From: Planctomycetota bacterium
Lineage (GTDB): Bacteria > Planctomycetota > UBA11346
NCBI GenBank assembly: GCA_038231435.1
Contig: JBBRLJ010000006.1
Span: 1-64,000 of the forward strand
Length of the DNA stretch: 64,000 nt
Direction: 5' to 3'
In this document: one piece after another, positions 1 to 9,241 of the stretch
How the letters are laid out: every line of letters starts with the position of its first letter
Numbering within the stretch: position 1 is the first letter of the stretch
Translations under genes and position numbers: made by a program
Notes under the pieces: generated by a model
What the model saw: only the letters and a program-made list of their open reading frames with translations
Told to the model about the DNA's origin: nothing
The model's database searches: none

Positions 1-177
1 AGAAAACTCAAACCCTACCTACCTGGGCTCCTGGCCCACTGCCGATGGCCGCTGAACACCAGCTTCCTAGAAGGCATGAATAACCGCATCAAGGTCATCA
101 AAAGGATGGCCTACGGGTACAGAGATGACGCCTACTTCTTTCTTCGCATAAGGGCAGCCTTTCCCGGAAAAGCGTGA
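1..177 (+). CDS. ISL3-family transposase, C-terminal fragment (starts upstream of window)
   Basis: Frame +1 reads RKLKPYLPGLLAHCRWPLNTSFLEGMNNRIKVIKRMAYGYRDDAYFFLRIRAAFPGKA*, matching the ISL3 C-terminal EGxNNxIKxIKRxAYG(F/Y)R motif; not in ORF track. Confidence 0.92.
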   Translation, partial: RKLKPYLPGLLAHCRWPLNTSFLEGMNNRIKVIKRMAYGYRDDAYFFLRIRAAFPGKA

Positions 178-183
178 AGAACC
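1..183 (+). mobile_element. Right end of an ISL3 insertion sequence
   Basis: Transposase stop is followed by GAAGAACC (reverse complement GGTTCTTC, ISL3-type terminus) ending at 183; AT-rich AAAAGTTT follows as candidate target duplication. Confidence 0.8.
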
Positions 184-431
184 AAAAGTTTGCGTGATGG
201 CTGCGCCATTATTCACGCAAACCGGAGCTCGGCGGGCGCTCGCGGCTTTGCCGCTCGGGATGGTACTCGGGGGCGCTGCCCCCAAACCCCCGGACGCCCT
301 TTGTCGCTCCTCTTTTTCGCCTGCGGCGAAAAAGTTTGCGTGATGGCTGCGCCATTATTCACGCAAACCGGAGACTCGGCGGGCGCTCGCGGCTTTGCCG
401 CTCGGGATGGTACTCGGGGGCGCTGCCCCCG
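184..431 (+). repeat. Structured intergenic repeat family A: one truncated plus one full tandem copy
   Basis: GTTTGCGTGATGGCTGCGCCATTATTCACGCAAACCGGAG...GGGGGCGCTGCCCCC occurs twice; an inverted copy is at 1399-1558. Confidence 0.9.
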
Positions 432-435
432 ACTA

Positions 436-1314
436 TCAGGCTTGGTCTTGGGCTTTCTTTTTTTTGCTGAACAGCTTGGCGATTCCGCCACCAACCACGG
501 CTAGGCCGATCAGGATCGGCTTGATGGCCAGCAGGATGAACTTGCCGATGATGGCGAAGAAGCCGGATTTCAGCAGCAGTCCACCGGCGATCAGTCCGCC
601 GATGCCATAGGCGGCGACCTTGTCGATGCCGGGCTTGAAGTCCTCGTAGCGGTTGCCGGTGGATATCTCGGTCTTCGCCAGCACCGCCTTCGAAGCGTCG
701 GAGACCATCGCCAGCTCGGTGAGCGGGGCGATGGTGGTGATCTGCAGAACGCCCTTGCGGCCGAGCAGGCGGACATCGTAATTGATGGTCGGTTTCGGCG
801 AATCGTCGAACTGGAGGCTCTTGGCCCAGTACAATTTGTGCGTCGACGCATCGTAGTGGGGTGGCTCGGCCCAGCCGAGCAGCTGGCAGGTCGGGTACCC
901 TTGCTTCTTCAGCTCGGGGGCCGAATCGCGAGCTTCCTGCTGCATCTGCTTGAGCAGGTCGTCGTACTTGATGGTCTTCGCGTCGTCGTCCTTGACGTGA
1001 CCCTCCGATTCCGAATACGAGACCTCGGCCACCCAGTTCGCGGCCTTCTCGTCCTCGGACTCCGCAGGCATGACCAACCCGAGGGTGTCGGGATTCGGCG
1101 GATTACCGTAGACCTGCTCCATCATGTAGCGCGCGTCCTGGGCCTGCAGGTAGCGGCAGCCCTCGGGCAGGTCGATGGTCGCGATATTGGCGCCCACCGT
1201 CACCTTGCCGGTCTGGAAGGCGAGCGCGCGCGCGGGGGCCTCGGCTTTCTCGGCCGCGCTCAGCGCGCACGAGAGCACCACCAGGAAGCAAGGGAGCAGG
1301 GCGCAACGGATCAT
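436..1314 (-). CDS. DUF2167 family membrane-anchored protein
   Basis: Signal peptide MIRCALL..., motifs GHVKDDDA, GWAEPPHYD, KLYWAK, NYDVRLLGRKG, DKVAAYGIGGLIAG, C-terminal TM. Confidence 0.9.
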   Translation of the reverse strand: MIRCALLPCFLVVLSCALSAAEKAEAPARALAFQTGKVTVGANIATIDLPEGCRYLQAQDARYMMEQVYGNPPNPDTLGLVMPAESEDEKAANWVAEVSYSESEGHVKDDDAKTIKYDDLLKQMQQEARDSAPELKKQGYPTCQLLGWAEPPHYDASTHKLYWAKSLQFDDSPKPTINYDVRLLGRKGVLQITTIAPLTELAMVSDASKAVLAKTEISTGNRYEDFKPGIDKVAAYGIGGLIAGGLLLKSGFFAIIGKFILLAIKPILIGLAVVGGGIAKLFSKKKKAQDQA

Positions 1315-1398
1315 GGAGCTCTCCACGGACGACGGGGGAACAGCAGTATAACCCGCAAGGGAATGGTACGTCAACCGCCGGTCGGTCCTGCCGCGGTT

Positions 1399-1558
1399 CG
1401 GGGCAACGCCCCGACTACCATCCCGAGCGGCACGTGCCGCGAGCGCCGAGCTCCGGTTTGCGTGAACAATGGCGCAGCCATCACGCAAACTTTTTCGCCG
1501 TCCGGCAGCGAAAAAGAGGAGCGACAAAGGGCGGGGGTTTGGGGGCGGAGCCCCCAAC
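1399..1558 (-). repeat. Structured repeat family A, inverted copy
   Basis: Reverse complement matches the 268-431 unit (CTTTGTCGCTCCTCTTTTTCGC..., bulged hairpin, GGGATGGTA). Confidence 0.9.
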
Positions 1559-1563
1559 TAAAC

Positions 1564-2223
1564 TCAGGCCAGCACGCCCTTGGTGCTCGGGACACCCGAG
1601 CCGGTGATGCGGATGGCCTGGCGCAGCGAACGCGCGAAGGCCTTGAAGCCGGCCTCGACGATGTGGTGGCTGTTGCGGCCGTGCAGCTGGTGCAGGTGTA
1701 CGCAGATGCGCGCGTTGTCGGTGAGGCCACCGAAGAATTCGGTGACCAGCTCGGTGTCCCATGCGCCGATGTGGGCGGCCTTGGGGCGGAGGTCGTAGAC
1801 CAGGTAGGGGCGACCCGAGATGTCGACGGTCGCCTCGACCAGCGCCTCGTCGAGCGGGCAGGCGATGTGGCCGAAGCGCTCGATGCCGTGGCGATCGCCG
1901 AGGGCCTCGCGCAGGCATTTGCCGAGCACGATGCCGACGTCCTCGGAGGTGTGGTGGCCGTCGATGTGCAGGTCGCCCTTCGCGGCAATGGTCAGGGTCG
2001 TGCCGCTGTGCTTGGCCAGGGCCTCGAGCATGTGATCGAAGAAGCCGATGCCGGTGGACACCGTCGACCGCCCCGCCTGGTCGAGATCCCAGGTGACGCT
2101 GATGTCGGTCTCCTTGGTAGCGCGCTTGACCGTCGCCCGGCGGCCCTCCGGAACCACTCTTGGAGTCGCTCTGGAAGCCGCTTTCGATCCAGTGAGTGCA
2201 TGGCGGGACGCGTTGCCGGACAT
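1564..2223 (-). CDS. hisB: Imidazoleglycerol-phosphate dehydratase
   Basis: RATKETDI, TGIGFFDHML, GDLHIDGHHTSED, GRNSHHIVEAGFKA, PSTKG; TATGCT 7 nt before the ATG. Confidence 0.97.
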   Translation of the reverse strand: MSGNASRHALTGSKAASRATPRVVPEGRRATVKRATKETDISVTWDLDQAGRSTVSTGIGFFDHMLEALAKHSGTTLTIAAKGDLHIDGHHTSEDVGIVLGKCLREALGDRHGIERFGHIACPLDEALVEATVDISGRPYLVYDLRPKAAHIGAWDTELVTEFFGGLTDNARICVHLHQLHGRNSHHIVEAGFKAFARSLRQAIRITGSGVPSTKGVLA

Positions 2224-2360
2224 GCGCGGCAGCATATGGGGGGCCTACGCCACGAATAGCCCGGATCCGCGCCGCAGCGCGTGCCCGCACACATGGAAGT
2301 CGCGTTGAAATAGCGGCTTAGCCCTTGCCGATGGCGAATTTTGGAGGCACATTCATATGA

Positions 2361-3704
2361 ATGGCCGCGTCCTCACCGCCCGTGTCCGCCCGGCTCACTG
2401 CGCCGAGCAATCTCGCCGCGCTGGTGTGCGCTGCCGCCGGCACCACCGCGCTCGGCCTGATCTCTCCGGGGCTTCCCCCGCTCGCCGCCGCAGGGCTCTC
2501 GCTCGCCTGGGCGATCGCCAGCGTACCGGTGATGGGCCCGGCCGCGCTGGCCGCGGCCCTGCCGGCGGCGGCGCTGCTGCCGGGCGGGGGCTGGATGGCC
2601 CTGGGAGGCTGGTCGATCGCCGGCCTCGCGGCGGGCATCGGCTACACGCTGCTGCGCGAGGAGCGCCGCCGCTCGAACCTGAAGGAGCTGCACAACGAGC
2701 TGCGCGACGCCGCGCACGAGCGCGGCATCCTCCAGCGCAACATCGAACGCTATCCGGTGCTGCTCGAGGCCTGCCTCGAACTGTCGGCCGCGCGCGAGCT
2801 CGATCCGCTCGCCAAGGTGCTCTGCGCGCGCGCGCGCGAGCTGGTGCCCGACGCCAAGGAGATCCTGGTGTTCCTCGGCACCGCGAAGAGCCAGAGCTGC
2901 CGCGCGTCGAGCGGCGCCGACGGCAAGTCCTGCCAACGCGACCCCGGCGATGATCAAGTGTTCGTCGCCGCCGAGGCGCGCTCGCTGACCCGGCGCGAAG
3001 GCAACCTGCTGCGCGTGCTGATCCCGCTGCGCAGCGACCGCCGCCAGGGCGGCGTCCAAGGCGATGCCGGCGAGGGACTGCGCGGCGTTCTCGAGGTCGC
3101 GATGGTGTTCACCGAAGTCGGCGAGCGCCTCAGCCTCGAACTGCTGCATGCGCTCGGCCGGCTGGGCGGGCTCGGCCTCGCCGCCGTCGATCTGGTCAAT
3201 CAGGCGCGTGGCCTCGCGCTGCACGACGATCTCACCGGTCTCTATGGCCAGCACGAATTCATGCGCCGTCTCGAGGAGCAGGTCGCGCACGCGCGCCGCT
3301 ACGCCCATCCGCTCGGCGTGATCATGTGCGACATGGATCACCTGAAGAAGTACAACGACCGTCACGGCCATCCCGCCGGCGACGCCGCGCTCAAGGCAGT
3401 GGCGAAATCGGTGAGCGCGTCGCTGCCGAACGGAGCGATCTGCTGCCGTTATGGCGGCGAGGAATTCGCCGCGCTGGTGCCGGGGCTCGACGCGGCGCAG
3501 ATGCGCGCCGCCGCCGAGGCGGTGCGGGCCGCCATCGCCGCCGCGGTTCCCGATCCCACACATCCCGATCGCCGCGTCACCGCCTCGCTCGGCTTCGCGC
3601 TGGTGAACGCCACCGAAGACGGCCGCGACGCGCTGACCCGCGCCGACGCCGCCTGTTACAAGGCCAAGGCTGGTGGACGCAACCGCATCGAGGAAGCCAC
3701 GTGA
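2361..3704 (+). CDS. Membrane-anchored diguanylate cyclase (TM, GAF-like, GGDEF)
   Basis: Hydrophobic N-terminus, DDLTGLY, DMDHLKKYNDRHGHPAGD, RYGGEEF. Confidence 0.9.
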   Translation: MAASSPPVSARLTAPSNLAALVCAAAGTTALGLISPGLPPLAAAGLSLAWAIASVPVMGPAALAAALPAAALLPGGGWMALGGWSIAGLAAGIGYTLLREERRRSNLKELHNELRDAAHERGILQRNIERYPVLLEACLELSAARELDPLAKVLCARARELVPDAKEILVFLGTAKSQSCRASSGADGKSCQRDPGDDQVFVAAEARSLTRREGNLLRVLIPLRSDRRQGGVQGDAGEGLRGVLEVAMVFTEVGERLSLELLHALGRLGGLGLAAVDLVNQARGLALHDDLTGLYGQHEFMRRLEEQVAHARRYAHPLGVIMCDMDHLKKYNDRHGHPAGDAALKAVAKSVSASLPNGAICCRYGGEEFAALVPGLDAAQMRAAAEAVRAAIAAAVPDPTHPDRRVTASLGFALVNATEDGRDALTRADAACYKAKAGGRNRIEEAT

Positions 3705-4903
3705 ACCGCAACAGCGCGCTGCTGGTGTCGGCGATCGCCGGAGCCGTCGCCGCGGCTGGAGCCATGGCGGCCCAGGCGTGGATGGCCGCACCGATCGCCG
3801 GAGCCGCCACCGCGATCGGCGCCTGGGCGATGATCAGGCGCGATCGCGCCGCGGCGCAGAGCCAGACCACCATGCTCGCGGCTTCCCCCGAGATGCTCGA
3901 GCGTCGCCGCAAGGAGATGGGCGAGGAGCTCGGCCAGCTCGAAGAGGTGCAGGAGCTGCAACGCGGCGTGTTCGAGGTCAGCGCCGAGCTGGTCGGCTGC
4001 GTCGAGGAAGCGGACGCGCGCGGACGCTTCACCGCGGCGATGCGCCGTTACTGGGCCTGCGAATCCGCCGACCTGATGGTCTGGGAGCGCGGCAAGTGGC
4101 GCAGCCTCGGCGGCCCCGCCACCGGCGAACCGCCAGACCTGGTCAACCCGATCGCGCTGCCTGAGGAGAACAACGGCGACCTGGTGCTCGATCTCAGCCC
4201 CGGCGTCGACGGGCAGGCGGCGCTGGTCTTGCGCCACGCCAAGGTGCAGCCCAGCCTGGCCGAGAAGAACGAAGAGGACCGCCGCTACATCGCCGACGTG
4301 CTGCGCAGCCAGCTGTCCTTGTCGCTGCGCCGCGTGATGCTCTACGGCGAGCTGCAGGCGCTCGCGCGCATCGATCCGCTCACCGGGACGCACCGCCGCT
4401 GGTACGCCGAGACGCGCCTGAAGGAGGTCGTCGATTCCGGCGAAGTCCTGGCGGTGGCGATGGTCGACATCGATTTCTTCAAGAAGGTCAACGACCAGCA
4501 CGGCCATGCCGCCGGCGACCAGGTGCTCGCGGGCGTCGGCCGCTGCCTGGTGTCGTGGCTGCGCAGCGGCGATCTGGTCAGCCGCTTCGGAGGCGAGGAG
4601 TTCCTCGTCATCCTGCCGGCCACCAATCCCGCCGGCGCGCATCTGGTGGCAGAACGCCTGCGCGGCGGCGTCGCCGCGCTCGACAACCTGCCCATGGGAG
4701 TGACGGTCTCGATCGGCGTCGCGGCGTGCCTGCAGGACGAGACCGCCGAGGCGCTGGTCGCGCGCGCCGATGAGGCCCTCTACCAGGCCAAGACCCTCGG
4801 CCGCAACCGCGTGGTGATGTCCGAATACCTCGCCGAGGGCGCGCTGCTGCGCACCACCTCGCGGCGCGCGCGCACCACCACCGCGCTCGTCAAAAAGGCT
4901 TGA
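3701..4903 (+). CDS. Membrane-anchored diguanylate cyclase
   Basis: GTG start overlaps upstream stop (GTGA); DPLTG, DIDFFKKVNDQHGHAAGD, RSGD I-site, RFGGEEF. Confidence 0.9.
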   Translation: MNRNSALLVSAIAGAVAAAGAMAAQAWMAAPIAGAATAIGAWAMIRRDRAAAQSQTTMLAASPEMLERRRKEMGEELGQLEEVQELQRGVFEVSAELVGCVEEADARGRFTAAMRRYWACESADLMVWERGKWRSLGGPATGEPPDLVNPIALPEENNGDLVLDLSPGVDGQAALVLRHAKVQPSLAEKNEEDRRYIADVLRSQLSLSLRRVMLYGELQALARIDPLTGTHRRWYAETRLKEVVDSGEVLAVAMVDIDFFKKVNDQHGHAAGDQVLAGVGRCLVSWLRSGDLVSRFGGEEFLVILPATNPAGAHLVAERLRGGVAALDNLPMGVTVSIGVAACLQDETAEALVARADEALYQAKTLGRNRVVMSEYLAEGALLRTTSRRARTTTALVKKA

Positions 4904-4914
4904 GCTTTATTTTT

Positions 4915-5141
4915 CAGGGGCTTCGCCCCTACGGCCCTGCGGGCCTACCCCACGGGCTTTGTCGGGGCTCGATTTCTCCGCTGCGCTGCGAAATCGTCGG
5001 CGGATCGGCTGCGCCGATTGTATCCGCCGACCGCCCCTCGGCGCCCGCCCCATCGCGGAGCGATGGGGCCCCCGGTTGAATTAGTTAGTCAGGGGCTTCG
5101 CCCCTACGGCCCTGCGGGCCTACCCCACGGGCTTTGTCGGG
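4915..5141 (+). repeat. Structured repeat subfamily A2: full copy (4915-5080) plus 5' partial copy (5090-5141)
   Basis: CAGGGGCTTCGCCCCTACGGCCCTGCGGGCCTACCCCACGGGCTTTGTCGGG twice; inverted copy at 5575-5744. Confidence 0.9.
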
Positions 5142-5179
5142 ATTCCGCTCTCGCGCTCTGCCCTTGTCGCGACCACCGA

Positions 5180-5413
5180 TCAGGCGTCTTCGAAGGTCTG
5201 GGCGGGTTGATTGTTGAGCGCGGCCTCGACGTAGAGGAGCGGATCGCGCGCCATCATCTGGGCGTGCTCGTGGCCGCACGCGCCCATGCGATGGATGTGA
5301 TCCCCGGCCTCGTCGGCGCAGACCATAGCAATCACCGGCTGCAAATGTTCATCGACGGGCATGGAACAGACTGGACACACGGTGTTGATGACGTCTTGGG
5401 CGAGATTCTGCAT
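5180..5413 (-). CDS. Small Cys/His-rich protein, YHS/TRASH-like metal-binding
   Basis: AGGAGG SD; 77 aa with INTVCPVCSMPVD and GACGHEH...DP. Confidence 0.65.
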   Translation of the reverse strand: MQNLAQDVINTVCPVCSMPVDEHLQPVIAMVCADEAGDHIHRMGACGHEHAQMMARDPLLYVEAALNNQPAQTFEDA

Positions 5414-5454
5414 AGCGCCTCCTAGCACCTGACGATTATGGCGATGGCAGCTCG

Positions 5455-5470
5455 TCTCATGGCCATGAGA
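5455..5470. promoter_or_regulatory. Perfect 16-bp palindrome, candidate operator
   Basis: TCTCATGGCCATGAGA about 40 nt upstream of the small ORF. Confidence 0.4.
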
Positions 5471-5574
5471 TATCGCAACCATAGACATGCCCCGTTCGTC
5501 CGTGCTACAAGACAGCGGCGATAAGACAGTGACGATCGGCCCTCTCCTCTAGGGCCAATCGTCCACGCTGGCGG

Positions 5575-5744
5575 ATTCAACCGGGGGCCCCATCGCTCCG
5601 CGATGGGGCGGGCGCCGAGGGGTGGTGGGCGGATATAATGGGCGAAGCCCATCCGCCCACGAAATCGAAGGCGCAGCCGCAGAATTCGAACCCCGACAAA
5701 GCCCGTGGGGTAGGCCCGCAGGGCCGTAGGGGCGAAGCCCCTGA
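5575..5744 (-). repeat. Structured repeat subfamily A2, inverted copy
   Basis: Reverse complement of 4915-5080 with diverged internal hairpins. Confidence 0.9.
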
Positions 5745-6851
5745 TCAAATAGCCCGGGCGAAGCCGCCCGGGATTTTTTTCGCCATGCGCTTGAGCTCGA
5801 GCGACAGCAGCGTCGCCGATACCGCCGAAGCCGGCAGGTCAGAGACGCGCGCGAGTTCGTCGATGCCGCGCGCCTGGTCGTCGAGCATCTGATAGACCTG
5901 CTTCTCGCGCCCCGACAACGATGCCGAACGCGCGCTGCCGCCGCTGGGCAGCTGTTCGCCGCCGCCAGCGAGCGTGAGCAGTGGATCGACCTCCTCGAGG
6001 ATGTCCTCGAGGCTGCCGACCAGGGTCGCCCCGTCGCGGATCAGCTTGTTGGAGCCGAAGCATTCGGGGTTGTCGATCGGGCCCGGCACCACCAGCACCT
6101 CACGGCCCATCTCCATGGTCAGGCGCGCGGTGATCAGGGCGCCGCTGCGCGCGCCGGCTTCGATCACCAGGGTCGCGAGCGCCAAGGCGGCGACCAGGCG
6201 GTTGCGCCGCGGAAAGGTCCCGGCGCTGGGGGGAGCGGCGAAGGGGAATTCGCTGATCACCGCGCCGCGGCCGGCGGCGATGCGCTCGGCGAGCGGGCGG
6301 TTCTCATCGGGATAGAGTTTGCCGAATCCCGAGCCGAGCACGGCGATGGTGCGAGTGCCGCCCTCGAGCGCCGCTTCGTGCGCGACGGTGTCGACGCCGC
6401 GCGCCAGGCCAGAGACGATGCAGGCGCCGATGCGCGCCAGGCCGATCGACAGGCGATGCGCCTGACGATGACCGTACGCGCTGGGCCGGCGCGGTCCGAC
6501 CACGGCCACGGCGAGCTGGTCGCGCGGTTCGAGCGAGCCACGCATCCACACCGCGAGCGGCGGATCGTTCAGCTTCTCGAAAGAGCGGGGATATTCGGGG
6601 GCGGAGCGGGTGATGATGCGCACGCCGGCGGCATGGCAGGCCGCGCGTTCCTCGGCGACCTTCTCATCGCCGCGCTGGTCGCAGATGCGCCGCGCGCGCT
6701 CGCCGCCGACACCGTCGACCGACTGCAGCTCGGCCATGCCCATTGTGAAGACCGCCGCGGCCGAGCCCGCGCGTTCGAGCAGCTTGTGCGCGGTGATCGG
6801 CCCGAGCCCGGGGATCAGCGCGAGGCGCAGATAGGCGTCGTCATCGTCCAC
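5745..6851 (-). CDS. dprA: DNA-processing protein DprA
   Basis: IPGLGP, DPP, IVSGLARGVDTVAH, FPRRNRLVAAL, EAGARSGALITA, C-terminal winged helix LLSLELK. Confidence 0.96.
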   Translation of the reverse strand: MDDDDAYLRLALIPGLGPITAHKLLERAGSAAAVFTMGMAELQSVDGVGGERARRICDQRGDEKVAEERAACHAAGVRIITRSAPEYPRSFEKLNDPPLAVWMRGSLEPRDQLAVAVVGPRRPSAYGHRQAHRLSIGLARIGACIVSGLARGVDTVAHEAALEGGTRTIAVLGSGFGKLYPDENRPLAERIAAGRGAVISEFPFAAPPSAGTFPRRNRLVAALALATLVIEAGARSGALITARLTMEMGREVLVVPGPIDNPECFGSNKLIRDGATLVGSLEDILEEVDPLLTLAGGGEQLPSGGSARSASLSGREKQVYQMLDDQARGIDELARVSDLPASAVSATLLSLELKRMAKKIPGGFARAI

Positions 6852-7016
6852 GCTACGCAGGATGCCGCGCGGGCACGCGATGCCAGGGAGGATTCGCCGC
6901 GATCGCCATGCGCAACGCTCTCATCACGCTCTCATGCAGCGACTCTCGACGTTCTCGGCCGCGTCCCACGCTCATCGATTCTCTCGCCATCGGCCATAAG
7001 CCATCCGCCCGGGCTC

Positions 7017-8132
7017 TCAGCCCCCAATGATCGCGCTCGCGAACGCCGCGATCACCGCGTCCTCCTCGGGCGAATCATGCAGGGCGACCTCGCCGAGACG
7101 TAGCGGCAGGATGAACCGGGTGCGCCCGGCGGCGACCTTCTTGTCGAGCCGGCAATGGCCGGCGAGGCGGCGCGCGACGGCGGCGGGATCGGCGGCGCGA
7201 TGGACGATGGGCAGGTGGTATGCCGCGAGCAACGCATCCTGGCGCTGGGCGAGCCCGTCGTCGGGCAGCAGGCCGAGATCGCGCGACAGCCGCGTGGCCA
7301 TGCGCATGCCGATGCCCACCGCCTCGCCGTGCAGGTACTCGCGATACCCGGTCTCGCGCTCGAGCGCGTGCCCGAAGGTATGGCCGTAGTTCAACTGCGC
7401 GCGCGCGCCCTGCTCGAACTCGTCCTCGCTGACGTAGTCGGCCTTGATGCGGCAGCTGACCGCCACTGCGCGCGCCACCGCATCGGGATCGCGCGCGGCC
7501 AGCTCGGCGGCATGCGCCTCCTGCCAGGCGAAGAATCCGGCGTCCTTGATCACGCCGTACTTCAGCACCTCGGCGAGGCCGGCGCGGTATTCGCGGTCGT
7601 CCATGGTCGCGACCAGTTCGGTGTCGATGATCACGCAGGTCGGCTGCTTGAACGCGCCGATCAGGTTCTTGCCGGCCGCGCTGTTGACGCCGGTCTTGCC
7701 GCCGACCGAGGAATCGACCATCGCCAGCAGCGTGGTCGGCATCTGCACCAGGCGCACGCCGCGCATCCAGCAGGCCGCGACATAGCCGGCGAGATCGCCG
7801 GTGACGCCGCCGCCGAGGGCGATGACGGTGTCGGAGCGATCGATGCGGTGTTCAGCGCAGGCGCGCCACAGGCGCTCGGCCTGTTCGAGGGTCTTGCTGG
7901 TCTCGCCGCGCGGGAAGGTCTCGAGATGCACCTTCAGGCTGGACTCGACCAGCGCATCGACCACCCGCCGGCCATGGAGCTGCGCGACGTGCTCGTCGGC
8001 GATCACCAGCACCTTGCCGGATGCCAAGTGCTCCTGCAGCAGCGTGCCGACCTCGCCCGCGAGCCCGGGCCCGATGTGGATCGGATAGCTGCGGTCGCCC
8101 AGCGCGACGTCGACGAGGTGGCGGTGGCTCAC
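7017..8132 (-). CDS. aroB: 3-dehydroquinate synthase
   Basis: GETSK, ALGGGVTGDLAG, PTTLLAMVDSSVGGKTGVN, LNYGHTFGHALE, HGEAV. Confidence 0.97.
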   Translation of the reverse strand: MSHRHLVDVALGDRSYPIHIGPGLAGEVGTLLQEHLASGKVLVIADEHVAQLHGRRVVDALVESSLKVHLETFPRGETSKTLEQAERLWRACAEHRIDRSDTVIALGGGVTGDLAGYVAACWMRGVRLVQMPTTLLAMVDSSVGGKTGVNSAAGKNLIGAFKQPTCVIIDTELVATMDDREYRAGLAEVLKYGVIKDAGFFAWQEAHAAELAARDPDAVARAVAVSCRIKADYVSEDEFEQGARAQLNYGHTFGHALERETGYREYLHGEAVGIGMRMATRLSRDLGLLPDDGLAQRQDALLAAYHLPIVHRAADPAAVARRLAGHCRLDKKVAAGRTRFILPLRLGEVALHDSPEEDAVIAAFASAIIGG

Positions 8133-8200
8133 GCCCACATGGTGGCGTCAGCCGGCCGCGGATAAACCATTTTGGAGCCTGGTGCCGCCCGTGAGGACGC

Positions 8201-9241
8201 TCAGCCGGCCTTGTCCAGTCCCCGTCCGCGCAGCAAGCCGAAGATGGCGCGACGCTGCGCGCGACGGCGGCGGCGATCGATTTTCTGGCGCTCATGCCCG
8301 AGGAAGCGCTGCAGGTGATCGTTGAACGCGTGCTTGTGCTTGATCAGCGCGGCGTGCGGCACCTCGCCTCCGTCGCGGTCGTACACCCATTGCACCTGCA
8401 CGTCGGAGAAGACGCGCGAGGCGAGATCCGGTCGCGTTAGCACCGCCGTTCCCGGTCCGTCCATGCTCAGGGTATGGCGCTCCTTGCTGCCCCACAGGAT
8501 CAGGGTCGGCGCGGTGCAGAGCACGCCGCCAGCCCGGTCCGAGCCGGGCTTGGCCGCGATTCCGCCGAGCCGGCGCAGGCTCACCACGCGGTCGACCGCG
8601 CCGCGCGCGGGCAGCGCCGCGAGCGTGCACTCGATGCGCTGGCGCAGGCGGTCCTGATGCCAGGCGCTGCGCCCATCCGGCGTCAGCAGCGACAGCGCTC
8701 CCAGCCACGGTGGCGTGATCCGGCGTGATCCTTTGCCGCCGCTGCCGCTGAAGCCACGGGTGCCGCGGGCCAGGCTCTGGAAGAAGGCGCGGCCACGCTC
8801 GAGCGCCAGCTCCGGCCGCCCATCGGGCAGATCGCTCGCGGCCAGGATCGGATCGAACAGGCGTTTGATCAGCGGCGCCAGGTCGCCGGTGCAGCTCAGC
8901 GGGCTGATCAGCACCACCGCGCCGAGGCGCGGCGGTCGCCCCGCGTCGCGCTCGCGACGCAGCAGCTCGAGGCACAGCCCGCCCCCGACGCTGACGCCCA
9001 GGAGCACCGGCACCTCGCCGCTGGCGCGCACCTGCGCGAGGCGCTCGGTCACCACCTCGAGCACGCGATCGAGATCGAAGCGTTCGTAGGGATAGGTGAC
9101 GATGCTCAGCGAACCGTGGCGCTTGAGCAGCGAGCGCTGCCGCGCGAAGGTTTCGGGGCCATCGGGCACCAGTCCTGGCAGGCACACGACATGGAACGGG
9201 CCGCGCCCGCGATGGCAGGTGATGATGGGTTCCGAGTTCAT
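8201..9241 (-). CDS. Alpha/beta-hydrolase-fold protein
   Basis: GVSVG nucleophile elbow, PTLILWG, candidate catalytic His (VPHA); start overlaps GH3 stop. Confidence 0.65.
   Translation of the reverse strand: MNSEPIITCHRGRGPFHVVCLPGLVPDGPETFARQRSLLKRHGSLSIVTYPYERFDLDRVLEVVTERLAQVRASGEVPVLLGVSVGGGLCLELLRRERDAGRPPRLGAVVLISPLSCTGDLAPLIKRLFDPILAASDLPDGRPELALERGRAFFQSLARGTRGFSGSGGKGSRRITPPWLGALSLLTPDGRSAWHQDRLRQRIECTLAALPARGAVDRVVSLRRLGGIAAKPGSDRAGGVLCTAPTLILWGSKERHTLSMDGPGTAVLTRPDLASRVFSDVQVQWVYDRDGGEVPHAALIKHKHAFNDHLQRFLGHERQKIDRRRRRAQRRAIFGLLRGRGLDKAG

Noticed and set aside
838..2259. Long alternative-frame or antisense ORFs (also 19294-21120, 27795-29618, 40542-43136, 44756-46750)
   Set aside because: Shadows of real genes in high-GC DNA; no recognisable motifs
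5745..6851. Dedicated competence locus
   Set aside because: dprA is widespread, no comEC/comEA nearby, and the pilins lie more than 20 kb away
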